The notes below the pieces were generated by a model. The model worked only from the letters and a program-made list of their open reading frames with translations, did no database searches and was not told where the DNA came from. Both the position numbers and the translations under genes were made by a program. Shown here one piece after another: positions 17,748 through 27,052 of a stretch of 54,808 nucleotides of DNA (within the stretch, counting starts at the first letter, position 1; the number at the start of each line of letters is the position of its first letter). The stretch covers positions 1-54,808 of the forward strand of contig CAKQXG010000002.1 of assembly GCA_934281515.1 (NCBI GenBank). Direction: 5' to 3'. The stretch comes from an uncultured Clostridia bacterium (GTDB lineage: Bacteria > Bacillota > Clostridia > Christensenellales > CAG-314).

Positions 17748-20700
17748 TTATTCGGCAGTAGCGTAAGCAACTGTTGCGCTTGCGGAGTACTCCAAAGTGA
17801 TACTACGGAAATTAAGAGTCGTACCATATTGGTATTCCGCCATATGAGCATAAACAATTGTAATTGTATTCTCTCCTGCCACAAGGTCATACGTACCGAT
17901 GAGAATAGTATCGTATTCTTTCCAAGGTTCGCCGGCTACATACATAGCGTCACTGGATATTGCACTACCATTGATGCTGACGTCGTAGGCTTCTCCGACA
18001 AGCTTGTGCGCTACGGGTGAACGGCTTACTGTAAAGTACAATTTTACACTTGTTGCCTTGCTTGCATTAAGTTTATAAGTGATTGTTACAGGTTGGTACT
18101 GTGTTCCGTCGTGTGCCGCACCCACGCAATCCTCATTTGCATCATAAGTCTTACCCTCAATCGTAACGCCTGTGCCGTTAAGTTTAAACTCCGTCTTGGT
18201 CTTGGGATCGGCAACGGTAATAGCCACAGTAGTAGTTTTGGTCACATCACCTTCGGTATAGCTGATAACCATAGCGGTTTCGCCTTCCTCCAGAGCATCC
18301 GTGTTGTAAACAAAGCCTGCTTCCATCAAGCGAGTTGTATTGTCGCTGTAGGTAGCCTTGATACGCAAACCGCTAGCGTCAAATACATCGCCCGCATTGT
18401 ATTCCGTCTTTTTGGGATTGTTGACAATCTCAATGCTTTCAAGAACGGCAGTCTTTTCCGCAAAGGTTACATTTGCAGCTGTGTTCAATGCAATATACGC
18501 GAAGTTGAGTGTTCGCCAGTCGCCGGGATTGTAGGTCAACACAATAATGTTGTCGCCTTGTACAAGCTCGATAACGGAAATAAATTGCTCCACTGCCGCA
18601 CCCCACATATCGCCTACAGGCGTGCCTGCCGTACTCGTAACGGCTTTTCCGTTGACTGTAATACGGTAAATGTCGGTAAGCGTACCCAACACATCGGGCC
18701 ACGTTGTGATTGCAAGATACAATTCCGCCTTACGCGCCTTATCGGCAAAAAGATTGAATGTGATTGTGTTGTCGGTTCCTACTGCGGCATTGTCGACAAT
18801 GCCGTTTTTGACAACCCATGCGGACGACAATCCGACTCTCACATCGGTGCCGACAAAAGTTTGCTTTGTTTTGGGGTCGGTAACGGTGATTGCAACGGTT
18901 ACGGTCTTTGTTACTTCGCCCTCGGTGTAGCTTACTTCGATGCTTGTAGCACCTTCCACAAGGGTTTCTTCGCTGAATGTAAATCCGCTGTCCACAATGC
19001 GCGTTGAGCCGTCTTCGTAGGTAAGCTTGAGTTTGAGACCAGTGCTGTCAAACACTTCGTCTGCGCCGTAGTCGGTCTTGGTGGGGTTTTGTTCGATTTC
19101 GACATTGGTAAGCGCACCGCGAGTGGCAAAGTCGATTGAAACTGCCGCAGAGTGTTCGAGTGTGATACAACGGAAGTTGAGCGCGCCACCGTCCTGATTA
19201 ATCGCATGAGCGTACACGATTACAATTGTATTTGCACCTTTAACAAGCTCGTAGGTACCGACATAAATTCTGTCGTATTCTGCCCAGGGCGTACCTGCAA
19301 CGTATTGTGCTTCGCTTGTGATTGCTTCGCCGTTGATAGTTACGTCGTATGCGCCGCCGATGAGTTGACCTGCCGAGTAGAAACGAGTCACCGTCATATA
19401 CAACTTGACCTTGGTAGCTTCCGCAACCGTCAGTTTGTATCTAATCGTTACGGGTTCGTAACCGTTTTCTGCAGTCCACTTGCAACCTACGCAATCTTCC
19501 TTTTCATTGTAGGTTTGGTTGTCAATCGTTACGTTGCCGCCGTTAAGTTTAAACTCCTGCATTGTGCAATCGCACTTTGTCTGACATTCTTCCTTGTCAC
19601 ATTCGGTATTTTTGCAACCGCCGCACACTGCGCAAACGCTTTCGCAAGTATGAGCGCAACTACACTTTGTTTCACATGCGTCTTCTTGACAAGCTTCGTT
19701 TTTGCAGCCGTGGCAAACGTCACATTCGGACAAGCACACGTGAGCTTCGGGGGTTTGTTCGTCAAATCCGATGTTAGCGTCGGTGTCAATGATAATACCG
19801 CGCAGATTGTAGTAAAAGTATGCGTCAATATTTGCCAACAGCGCATCAGACAACGACAAAATTATATTGTTCAATCCAGCGTCAAGAATACAATCAGAAA
19901 CCTCAACCACTTTATAATTTCCCCAAGGTTCGGGACCATTAGGCATTTCAGCGCTACTAGTAATCTTACGACCGTTTACAGTCCAATTATAGTGGGTTGT
20001 AACAGCAATATTTCTCGGCATGCTATTTGTAATTAAATACAGTGTTGCCTTTGCCTGACGAGAAGAATATACAGGAAAAGTTGCAGATCCTGCTTTTTGA
20101 TAGCCTGCAATTCCTATGCAATTCTCCATGGGATTAAGTTTGAACGCTTCACCTTCAACAATAACGTGATCATCAAGTCCGTAAAATACTTTACCGTCAA
20201 TTCCGTGCATATCGTTCCACTCCAACTTTGCTTCCTCTGTGGAGTAGAAGATAACCGCCGAAAAGTCAAAGTTCTTGATTGTGGATTGCGGTGTAATAGT
20301 AATTACGTTTTTCCCGGCGGAAAGCCAGAATTGTCCCAGGTTTACCTCAACAAAGTCTGCCGTTTCGCCTTCTGCGGAAGAGGGAACCTGCGCTTCGCTT
20401 TCCAATACGTCACCGTTGACATTGACCATAATCTGGTGTGTCAAAGTGATCACTTCTTCGGTCTTGCGCACCTTGATTACAAGGTCGCCTTGTACGTCAT
20501 CGGTGGCATTGCACCAAACTTCCATGGTGACAGAAGACTTCTTCTCCCATGAAAAATTAGTAACGTAACTTTCCTTGTCACCCTTGCTGCTGACGTCGGC
20601 GTTGGATATCTTGGCAAAGCCTTGAATAACGCCCAGGTCGTAGCGCACTTTGCCGGTAATGGGTATCTTGACCACTTCTTCTTCGTGACCGGCGCACTTA

Positions 20701-20966
20701 TCTTCGCAAACAGGGTCCTTGCAAGAGGGATCCTTGCACTTGTTGCACTTGTCACAAACGTGCTCGCACTTGTGTGTGGGCGCAGGTTCGCATGTACATT
20801 TCTGTTCGCAAACCGGGTCATTGCACTCCGCGTCGGTGCATAGTCCGCATGTTTCGCATTTATGTTGGCAAACATGGGCTTTTTTGCACGCGACCATGGC
20901 GACGCAACTAGCCACCATTACAAGTGCAAGAACAATTGCAACCATCAGTCGAATGTTCTTCTTCAT
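17748..20966 (-). CDS. 1072-aa surface lipoprotein: 8-Cys modules, repeated CBM-like beta-sandwich domains and Big_3-type Ig domains
   Basis: Lipobox MVAC. Two Big_3-like domains are present (NPTKTDYGADEVFDSTGLKLKLTYEDGSTR and NPKKTEYNAGDVFDASGLRIKATYSDNTTR). Domains of the form YKLxxxxATxVKLYxTVxR...INGxAIxS...YD recur. It lies 81 nt downstream of GH3 with no obvious terminator between them. Confidence 0.9.
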   Translation of the reverse strand: MKKNIRLMVAIVLALVMVASCVAMVACKKAHVCQHKCETCGLCTDAECNDPVCEQKCTCEPAPTHKCEHVCDKCNKCKDPSCKDPVCEDKCAGHEEEVVKIPITGKVRYDLGVIQGFAKISNADVSSKGDKESYVTNFSWEKKSSVTMEVWCNATDDVQGDLVIKVRKTEEVITLTHQIMVNVNGDVLESEAQVPSSAEGETADFVEVNLGQFWLSAGKNVITITPQSTIKNFDFSAVIFYSTEEAKLEWNDMHGIDGKVFYGLDDHVIVEGEAFKLNPMENCIGIAGYQKAGSATFPVYSSRQAKATLYLITNSMPRNIAVTTHYNWTVNGRKITSSAEMPNGPEPWGNYKVVEVSDCILDAGLNNIILSLSDALLANIDAYFYYNLRGIIIDTDANIGFDEQTPEAHVCLSECDVCHGCKNEACQEDACETKCSCAHTCESVCAVCGGCKNTECDKEECQTKCDCTMQEFKLNGGNVTIDNQTYNEKEDCVGCKWTAENGYEPVTIRYKLTVAEATKVKLYMTVTRFYSAGQLIGGAYDVTINGEAITSEAQYVAGTPWAEYDRIYVGTYELVKGANTIVIVYAHAINQDGGALNFRCITLEHSAAVSIDFATRGALTNVEIEQNPTKTDYGADEVFDSTGLKLKLTYEDGSTRIVDSGFTFSEETLVEGATSIEVSYTEGEVTKTVTVAITVTDPKTKQTFVGTDVRVGLSSAWVVKNGIVDNAAVGTDNTITFNLFADKARKAELYLAITTWPDVLGTLTDIYRITVNGKAVTSTAGTPVGDMWGAAVEQFISVIELVQGDNIIVLTYNPGDWRTLNFAYIALNTAANVTFAEKTAVLESIEIVNNPKKTEYNAGDVFDASGLRIKATYSDNTTRLMEAGFVYNTDALEEGETAMVISYTEGDVTKTTTVAITVADPKTKTEFKLNGTGVTIEGKTYDANEDCVGAAHDGTQYQPVTITYKLNASKATSVKLYFTVSRSPVAHKLVGEAYDVSINGSAISSDAMYVAGEPWKEYDTILIGTYDLVAGENTITIVYAHMAEYQYGTTLNFRSITLEYSASATVAYATAE
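19566..19736 (-). repeat. second pair of 8-Cys modules (aa 411-467 of the 1072-aa protein)
   Basis: CLSECDVCHGCKNEACQEDACETKCSC and CESVCAVCGGCKNTECDKEECQTKCDC. Both have spacing C-x3-C-x2-C-x2-C-x4-C-x4-C-x3-C-x-C. Confidence 0.85.
20691..20870 (-). repeat. first pair of 8-Cys modules (aa 33-92 of the 1072-aa protein)
   Basis: CQHKCETCGLCTDAECNDPVCEQKCTC and CEHVCDKCNKCKDPSCKDPVCEDKCAGH. Same spacing as the second pair. Confidence 0.85.
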
Positions 20967-21047
20967 ACAGTTTCTCCTTATTTTTTTTATTTCGGGACAA
21001 TGCGCCCGTTGTTTTAAGCGGACGCCTGCCCCGTAAATTACATTGTT

Positions 21048-24000
21048 TTACGCAACCTGACCTTTGCGTTTGTCCACGAAATGGATCACAAACGAAGCCA
21101 CAGCCATTGCAAACATGCAGCCCGTCACAATACCGAGTGCCAGTTGCACCTTGTTCAATGCGTCAATCCACCACGGCGTGACGTACACAATGCGACTGTT
21201 TGCCGTGATACCGTTCATTGCCATGGAGTGTGCCTGTGCGTACAACATACCGTGTACCGCTTCGCGCACGGCGTTGACGATTGTCGGGTTGTCTTTCCAT
21301 GCTCCCCATTGCTCCCAGGCAGTGCCGTCCATCCAGAAAGCAACGCCTGCATACACGCCTTCGGCACGACCCGTGCCCTTGGTCATGTAGTCCTGGTTAA
21401 ACGCGGAGTCTGTTTCGACAAAGCCTTCAAATCCCCACTCGCCGCGGAGAATGTCGGTAAACAGTCCCTTGCATGCGCCTACCCACTTTGTGCCGAGACG
21501 GGGGAAACTTGCCATAAGGCTGAGTATCCTGGCTTCCACAATGCCGCCTTCAAATGCGCGCAGATAGATTTCGCGAGCCGTTTGTTCGTTCATCCATGTC
21601 GCAACGCCGCAACGGTTGATTTCCTGATCGTTAAAGGCAAAGTGCTTTGCACACACAATTACGCCCTTATTTTGCAAGCCGAGACTTTCGGCGCCCAACA
21701 TCTTTCCCGACATGTACGGGTCTTCGCTGTAGTACTCCCAGTTACGTCCGCCGTACGGGGTGCGATGTGTGCCTGCGCAAGGTGCGTACAACTCGATAAC
21801 GCCCGTATGCAAGCACTCGTGACCGAACGCGTCGCCAAGCTTGTTGATAAGCGCGGTATCCCATGTTTGCGCCATGACAGTTGCCGACGGGAAGCCCATC
21901 AGGTCTCCCGTAGTCGGGTTGTTGGTGCGAACGCCGCTCGTGCCGTCGTTTGCTTTGCCGCCGGGTACACCGTTGTTTGTGTTACCCTGTACGGTAAGAT
22001 AGCCGCCGCTAAGCAGGTAATTCATTTCCGCCCAGGTAAGTTGGTCAATGAGATTTTGCCAAACGGGGTCGTTGTAGTCCTTGTCCTTCAACAAAGCAAG
22101 GTTAAGGCGTTTTTCCTGACCTTCTTCCAGCACAATGTCGTCCCAGAAAGAATCGGGCACGGTCACTTTGCCTTGTGTGGGCATTGTGGAGCCGTCATCG
22201 GGCAGCGTGTGACTGTACTGCATGTCGGACACCATTGTAGAATTGACGCACTCCAACTGCACGGGCACAGGATATGTTTGCTCCCAATCGTTGCGCGACA
22301 GGTAAGTTATGCTCTGGTCGTCCTTTGTACCCTTGTACAGATTAAGGTCGGCGTCGGACAGTTGGTTTGTAATTTCGTAATCGGTGTACTCCGACTTGGC
22401 ATAGGTCGTGTAGTCATCCTTGGCAACCGTCACCTTGTGAACAAACGCAGAGTTGCCGTCGGTGGCGTTACCCAGACTGTCTACCATGCCGTTGGACTTG
22501 TTGTAGCCCTTGGCTGCAAGTATATTGTTCAGCGCGTCATGAGCGTCGGTACCGAAGGACAGGTAGTAGTCGCCCTTTTCCAAAATATAGGTGCCTTTGC
22601 CGTAGGCGTCGTAGGTTTTAAACTCCGAACCCTTTACCGTAACGGTGACCGTTTCGCTGCCGTCGGGTTGCAACAATGCCGTCTTGGCAAAGCCGACAAG
22701 CTCGACTGCCGACTTCTCGATGTGCATCACCTTGTCGTAGTCGGTGTATGGCTTTTGCAAATAAATACCGACAATACTCTTGCCTGCCACCTTACCCGTG
22801 TTTTTGACGTCGACGGTAATCGTGTACGTGCCGCCGAACGCGCCGTCCGTATGCGTCACCTTGTAGTTACTGAAACCGAAAGTTGTATAACTTTGTCCGT
22901 AGCCGAACGGGAAAGCAACTTCTTCCGCGTAGCTCCATCTGTCGGCACTCTGCTTGGTACCCTTGGTAGAATCGGCGTTACCGTTGCCCATAACCACATC
23001 TTCGTAGCGGGTTTCGTAGTAGCGGTAACCAACATATATACCTTCCTGATAGACAACGTAAGCGTTGTTGTACGTGCCGATGTCGGTGCCGGGCAAACCT
23101 GTGGAATTGGTCCACTTGAAGTCGCCGAAGTTGACCGTTGCAGGCGCGGAGTAGTTGTCGTAGGCCATTGTGTCGACAAGAGCGCCGTTGGGGTTGGTTT
23201 TGCCTGTAAGGATATTGGAAATAGCTTCGAAGCTTTGCACGCCGCCTGCGCCCACATGCACGCACGCGTCAATGTCGTATTGCTTGATGTGCTTCATTTG
23301 CATAACGGAGTTGGTGTTCATCAGCAGTACTATTTTGCCGATGGTGCCTGCCTCCTTGAGCGACTGCAACTTGCTTAAAATCTCCGCTTCCTGTGTGGAC
23401 AAGTCAAGGTAGTTGTTGTCCAGACACTCGTTGCTGTAAAACCAGGTATCGCCGTCCTCGGCGCCGTCGCGCGTTATGACCATGATTGCTGCGTCGCCGT
23501 AACCGGGAGCGTTTTTGCTGCCGACAAGGGTACTTTCGATGGTTTTGCCACCGCTCATCTTGTCTTCGACCACGCTCCACGACGGTTCGTTGACGTAAAA
23601 CTCGCGATAGCGTTCGTCGGTGTAACCGTTTTTGCCATTGTATTTATTGTCGTTTGTCTGTACGCCCTGCACGTTGCGAGAGCCGTAGTTGTCGCGCAAT
23701 GCGGCATAAGCCTGAAACAGTGTGCCGTTGACCTTGATAGTAGAACTCTTTTCCAATGCCGCTTTAAAGTTGTCGGCAGGCGATGACTTTATTTCGCCCG
23801 ATCCACCGCCGGAAAACTTGTAATTGACGGTGCCTATACCGAACAGACTTACGCGAGAGTTTTCCGCAAGGGGCAGCGCATTGTTGTTGTTCCACAACAG
23901 TATCGATCCGTCGCTTGCCGTTTGTGCGGCAACTTCCATGCTGTTTTTGCGCATGGCAACGTCATCGTATTTGCCGTCGGCGGTAAGATAGTCCGATGCA

Positions 24001-24173
24001 TAGTAGGTTGCGTCGCCGCCGCCCACCACTTCGTACGGGTTGATACCCAACAAATTGTTGATTGTGGACGAGTACTGCACCGCGTATGTTTCACCGACGA
24101 TGGCAATGACAAGCCAAATTGCAAAAAAGCTTGTCAACAGGCTCCACAAAGAGCGATTAAACAGTTTTTTCAT
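21048..24173 (-). CDS. GH3 beta-glucosidase/beta-xylosidase-type enzyme with reversed domain order and a TM helix at each terminus (1041 aa)
   Basis: Sandwich-domain motifs sit in the N-terminal half (ILLWNNNNALPL, DAAIMVITRDGAEDGD, TGKTNPNGALVDT, YVGYRYYE, FPFGYGQSYTTF, then an Fn3-like segment TVDVKNTGKVAGKSIVGIYL). Barrel motifs sit in the C-terminal third (GGRNWEYYSEDPYM, KHFAFNDQE, GFVETDSA). N-terminal TM is SLLTSFFAIWLVIAIV. C-terminal TM is LALGIVTGCMFAMAVASFVIHFV followed by KRK. Confidence 0.88.
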   Translation of the reverse strand: MKKLFNRSLWSLLTSFFAIWLVIAIVGETYAVQYSSTINNLLGINPYEVVGGGDATYYASDYLTADGKYDDVAMRKNSMEVAAQTASDGSILLWNNNNALPLAENSRVSLFGIGTVNYKFSGGGSGEIKSSPADNFKAALEKSSTIKVNGTLFQAYAALRDNYGSRNVQGVQTNDNKYNGKNGYTDERYREFYVNEPSWSVVEDKMSGGKTIESTLVGSKNAPGYGDAAIMVITRDGAEDGDTWFYSNECLDNNYLDLSTQEAEILSKLQSLKEAGTIGKIVLLMNTNSVMQMKHIKQYDIDACVHVGAGGVQSFEAISNILTGKTNPNGALVDTMAYDNYSAPATVNFGDFKWTNSTGLPGTDIGTYNNAYVVYQEGIYVGYRYYETRYEDVVMGNGNADSTKGTKQSADRWSYAEEVAFPFGYGQSYTTFGFSNYKVTHTDGAFGGTYTITVDVKNTGKVAGKSIVGIYLQKPYTDYDKVMHIEKSAVELVGFAKTALLQPDGSETVTVTVKGSEFKTYDAYGKGTYILEKGDYYLSFGTDAHDALNNILAAKGYNKSNGMVDSLGNATDGNSAFVHKVTVAKDDYTTYAKSEYTDYEITNQLSDADLNLYKGTKDDQSITYLSRNDWEQTYPVPVQLECVNSTMVSDMQYSHTLPDDGSTMPTQGKVTVPDSFWDDIVLEEGQEKRLNLALLKDKDYNDPVWQNLIDQLTWAEMNYLLSGGYLTVQGNTNNGVPGGKANDGTSGVRTNNPTTGDLMGFPSATVMAQTWDTALINKLGDAFGHECLHTGVIELYAPCAGTHRTPYGGRNWEYYSEDPYMSGKMLGAESLGLQNKGVIVCAKHFAFNDQEINRCGVATWMNEQTAREIYLRAFEGGIVEARILSLMASFPRLGTKWVGACKGLFTDILRGEWGFEGFVETDSAFNQDYMTKGTGRAEGVYAGVAFWMDGTAWEQWGAWKDNPTIVNAVREAVHGMLYAQAHSMAMNGITANSRIVYVTPWWIDALNKVQLALGIVTGCMFAMAVASFVIHFVDKRKGQVA

Positions 24174-24427
24174 TTATTTTCCTCCAATGCGTCGGGCTTT
24201 TTCTTGGCGAGGTGCTTCATGACAAAGCACGCGACCGCACCGCCGACAAACAACACGTCGGCAATAAACAGCAGCGTTTGCCACCAGTTTGTAAAGATTG
24301 TTATCGATCCGCTGGTTGCCCCGGCAATTCCGTTGAGAATAAGGAACGCCACTACAATGCCGAAAGTGAGGAAAAACGCCACTTCCAGACAAATCCAGGC
24401 AAACAGACCCCAAGGTAGTTTTTTCAT
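24170..24427 (-). CDS. 85-aa two-TM membrane protein, translationally coupled to GH3
   Basis: ATG at 24427 with GGAGAA upstream (the track start at 24517 has no SD). Its stop overlaps the GH3 start as ATGA (24170-24173). The sequence MKKLPWGLFAWICLEVAFFLTFGIVVAFLIL...LLFIADVLFVGGAVACFVM contains the two helices. Confidence 0.7.
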   Translation of the reverse strand: MKKLPWGLFAWICLEVAFFLTFGIVVAFLILNGIAGATSGSITIFTNWWQTLLFIADVLFVGGAVACFVMKHLAKKKPDALEENK

Positions 24428-24476
24428 ATCGTTCTCCGTTGTTGTATTGACGGCAGGTAGTGCAACCGTCGCGGAA

Positions 24477-24505
24477 AGTATAAAAAAGCGACAAGGCGAA
24501 GTCAA
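24477..24505 (-). promoter_or_regulatory. sigma-70 promoter of the small-membrane-protein/GH3/1072-aa operon
   Basis: Minus strand reads TTGACT-N17-TATACT, about 45 nt upstream of the ATG at 24427. Confidence 0.6.
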
Positions 24506-24617
24506 TACCCGTCGCATATGCTGAAAAAGTCAGCGCATATTTTGATTCCGACCACACGCGCGGTGACGGGCATACGCGCGACACGACTTACGAAATTACA
24601 AACCAACTGTCCGAAGC

Positions 24618-24682
24618 GGGGGAAGGAAAACTTTTTGAAAAAAGCTTTTCCTTCCCCCGTACCCCTATCTTTTCAAAAACTT
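24618..24682 (+). repeat. long-hairpin intergenic repeat, copy A
   Basis: GGGGGAAGGAAAACTTTTT-ga-AAAAAGcTTTTCCTTCCCCC forms a 19-bp stem with one bulge. The tail is GTACCCCTATCTTTTCAAAAACTT. Confidence 0.8.
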
Positions 24683-24810
24683 GTCTACGTGGTAAGAACA
24701 AAACTAAAAATATTTAATTGCTTTTCTGACAACATTTCAACAATCGCAGGAAACCACACTTCTTTTTTAATACAAAAATGACATCTTAAAAACAATATTT
24801 TACTACAATA

Positions 24811-24846
24811 CAAAAACGCCCGTGACGTTTAAGTCACAGACGTTTT
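24811..24846 (-). terminator. hairpin terminator after the histidine kinase gene
   Basis: AACGccCGTGACgtttaaGTCACaGaCGTT is flanked by CAAAAA and TTTTG. It lies 11 nt beyond the stop at 24857. Confidence 0.5.
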
Positions 24847-24856
24847 GAAATCTGGT

Positions 24857-26188
24857 TTACTTCAACGGAAAGAAAATGCTCAGCGTAAACACGCCGTTGT
24901 CCGTTTCTATCGACATTGTGCCGTCGTACTTGTCCACTATTGCCTGCACGCTACGCATGCCGTAACCATGGTAGTCGCTGTCGGATTTGGTCGTGGCAGG
25001 CAATCCGTCGGCGGCAAAGTTGACCTTGCCCACAAAGTAGTTGTCTATCTTGACCGAAACAAACCTTTTTACCGTGTGGACGTTTACGCCTATCACTCGC
25101 TTGTCCTCGTCCTCCACCTGCGACACCGCCTCGATACTGTTGTCCAGCACATTGCCGAACAGCGCATACAAGTCGCCTTCCTTGATACGGTTAAGTCCGC
25201 TTGCGTCCACCATACAACTAAGCTTGATGTTTTTGCTGTGGCACAACAGAGATTTTTCCGTCAGTATTATGTCCACAACTTCGTTGCCCGTCTTGACGGT
25301 GCTGTCGTAGATGTTGATCATGTCCTCGATTTCGGCAATGTACTGTTTGTCTATGCCGCCTGCCGTTGCAAATTGACGGATTTGATGTTTGAGGTCGTGG
25401 CACTTGATGTTGATAAGGTTTATGTTTTCTTTCTGCAGTGTGTACTGCCGTTGCGCCTGCCGCAATGCCTCCTGCATACGCTCGATCTCGATGTTCATAT
25501 CCTTGGTTTTGATCATGGTGTACTGTATGTAGAAAATCAAAAAGCAACACACCACGTTGTAGATCGCCACTACATAGTTGTACACTTCCACGCGCGGATC
25601 GTACACCACAATGGCGTTAAGCACAATATCCACAACAAACATCAGCGACACAAGCAGTAGAAATTTACCTTTAAGTTTAAGGTCGGCGGCATTTTTGAGC
25701 CACGGTCCCAGCAACAGGTAACTTGCCCAGTAAATAAGCAAAAAAATGCTTACGTATGCCAAAATTACGATCACGCTGCCTGCGTCGAAGGTGGAAAAGT
25801 CAAACCCTGTTTGCACGTACATAGAATGCAGGTCTATGTGCGCCACCGACGAAAACAAAATGGAGTTCAGACCGTAGGCAAGGTGCTGTATGGTGTACGC
25901 CGTCACTCCGCAAAAGAACGCTCTGTCCCACGTGATGTCAAATACAAACACAATGGCAAAAAACGTAACGGCAAACAGCACAAAAAACATTAACGAACTG
26001 TACCAACCCGTGACGGTAATTTTGCCGCCGACAGGATACAGAAACGCCACCAGATAACACGCCGCGATTGCCGCAAACACGCGCCAACCGAAGTTTTTGC
26101 GACGGGGCAAACGCACGGTAAACAACATTTCGGCGACGATAATCTCCGTCATAAACAGCAATTTGTATTGACTAAGCCCAAGCATCAT
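24857..26188 (-). CDS. AgrC/HPK10-like sensor histidine kinase (polytopic N-terminus plus GHKL ATPase)
   Basis: About 6 TM helices. H-box IKCHDLKHQIRQF, N-box LFGNVLDNSIEA, G-box HGYGMRSVQAIVDKYDG. Its ATG overlaps the regulator stop as ATGA. Confidence 0.88.
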   Translation of the reverse strand: MMLGLSQYKLLFMTEIIVAEMLFTVRLPRRKNFGWRVFAAIAACYLVAFLYPVGGKITVTGWYSSLMFFVLFAVTFFAIVFVFDITWDRAFFCGVTAYTIQHLAYGLNSILFSSVAHIDLHSMYVQTGFDFSTFDAGSVIVILAYVSIFLLIYWASYLLLGPWLKNAADLKLKGKFLLLVSLMFVVDIVLNAIVVYDPRVEVYNYVVAIYNVVCCFLIFYIQYTMIKTKDMNIEIERMQEALRQAQRQYTLQKENINLINIKCHDLKHQIRQFATAGGIDKQYIAEIEDMINIYDSTVKTGNEVVDIILTEKSLLCHSKNIKLSCMVDASGLNRIKEGDLYALFGNVLDNSIEAVSQVEDEDKRVIGVNVHTVKRFVSVKIDNYFVGKVNFAADGLPATTKSDSDYHGYGMRSVQAIVDKYDGTMSIETDNGVFTLSIFFPLK

Positions 26189-26904
26189 ACCACACCGCCG
26201 CCTCCGCGCCCGAGAAATTTAGCGACCGCTTGCAAAAACTCCTTTTTGCGAGGCTTGCTTATAAGCAGTCTGTCGCCCGCAACTTCGACATAGTTGCCGT
26301 CTATGGCGTCGACATAGTTCAGGTTGACCAGATAACACTGATTGCACAGCGCAAACGGGTAGGCGGCAAGTTGCTCGGACACAGACTTTAACGTGCCGCT
26401 GCACTGTTGCACTTCGCGCCGCATGTGGAACAACAACACGTGACGTTCCACCTCCACGTACATAATCTCCTTGACGGACAGCACTCGCTTGCCCGCACGC
26501 TGACTGATTACTATCTCGCCGCCGCGCCGAGCCTGCAAGTTGTCATATATACGGTTGAGTTTCAACTCGAAATTGGCGTACGAGACGGGTTTGACGACAA
26601 AGTCGAAAGCGTCGACGGAGTAACCCTCGATGGCGTACTGCGCCAGATTGGTGACAAACACGATAAGCACCTTTTTGTCCACCTCGCGCAGGCGGTGTGC
26701 CGCAGTCATGCCGTCCATTTCCTTCAATTCTATGTCCATAAACGCCACGTCGAAATCGGGCGTATACTTGGTAAGGAATGTTTCGGCGTCGGCATAGCGC
26801 GTGACGGTAATATGCTCGTCGTGCTTGTCTGCCCAAGCCGAAAGATAATTTTTTATGCGAGCAACGACCGAATCGTCGTCTTCCACTATTACCGCTTTGA
26901 TCAT
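26185..26904 (-). CDS. LytTR-family response regulator (REC plus LytTR DNA-binding domain)
   Basis: MIKAVIVEDDD...DVAFMDIELKEMDG is the receiver domain. The C-terminal LytTR region includes IMYVEVERHVLLFH...CNQCYLVNLNYV. The start is set to 26904 (AAAGAGG upstream) rather than 26937. Confidence 0.88.
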   Translation of the reverse strand: MIKAVIVEDDDSVVARIKNYLSAWADKHDEHITVTRYADAETFLTKYTPDFDVAFMDIELKEMDGMTAAHRLREVDKKVLIVFVTNLAQYAIEGYSVDAFDFVVKPVSYANFELKLNRIYDNLQARRGGEIVISQRAGKRVLSVKEIMYVEVERHVLLFHMRREVQQCSGTLKSVSEQLAAYPFALCNQCYLVNLNYVDAIDGNYVEVAGDRLLISKPRKKEFLQAVAKFLGRGGGGVV

Positions 26905-27023
26905 AAACGTTGACACCTCTTTGGTTAATTTGTGCATATGCCGCGCCTATATGCAAACACCGCTTGCGCGGACCGCCCCAAGCAACCGCGATGTTGCATT
27001 GTAAAATACAGCCTATTTTAAAG

Positions 27024-27052
27024 ATTGTAACAAAATCGTGCCACCCAAACAA
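27024..27052 (-). promoter_or_regulatory. candidate promoter of the regulator/kinase operon
   Basis: Minus strand reads TTGTTT-N17-TACAAT with TGt upstream (extended -10). Confidence 0.35.

Noticed and set aside
19566-20870. The 8-Cys modules as ferredoxin-like 4Fe-4S clusters.
   Set aside because: The protein carries a Sec-type lipoprotein signal peptide rather than a Tat signal, and the modules would be extracellular. The spacing also lacks the CxxCxxCxxxCP signature. The modules are kept as a finding, but as an unassigned Cys-knot or metal module.
813-26188. Alternative genetic code (TGA as Trp, as in Mollicutes), considered because of the Mollicute-like features.
   Set aside because: TGA terminates the ATPase ORF at 813. 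It also forms functional ATGA stop/start overlaps at 24170-24173 and 26185-26188. All long ORFs are intact under code 11.
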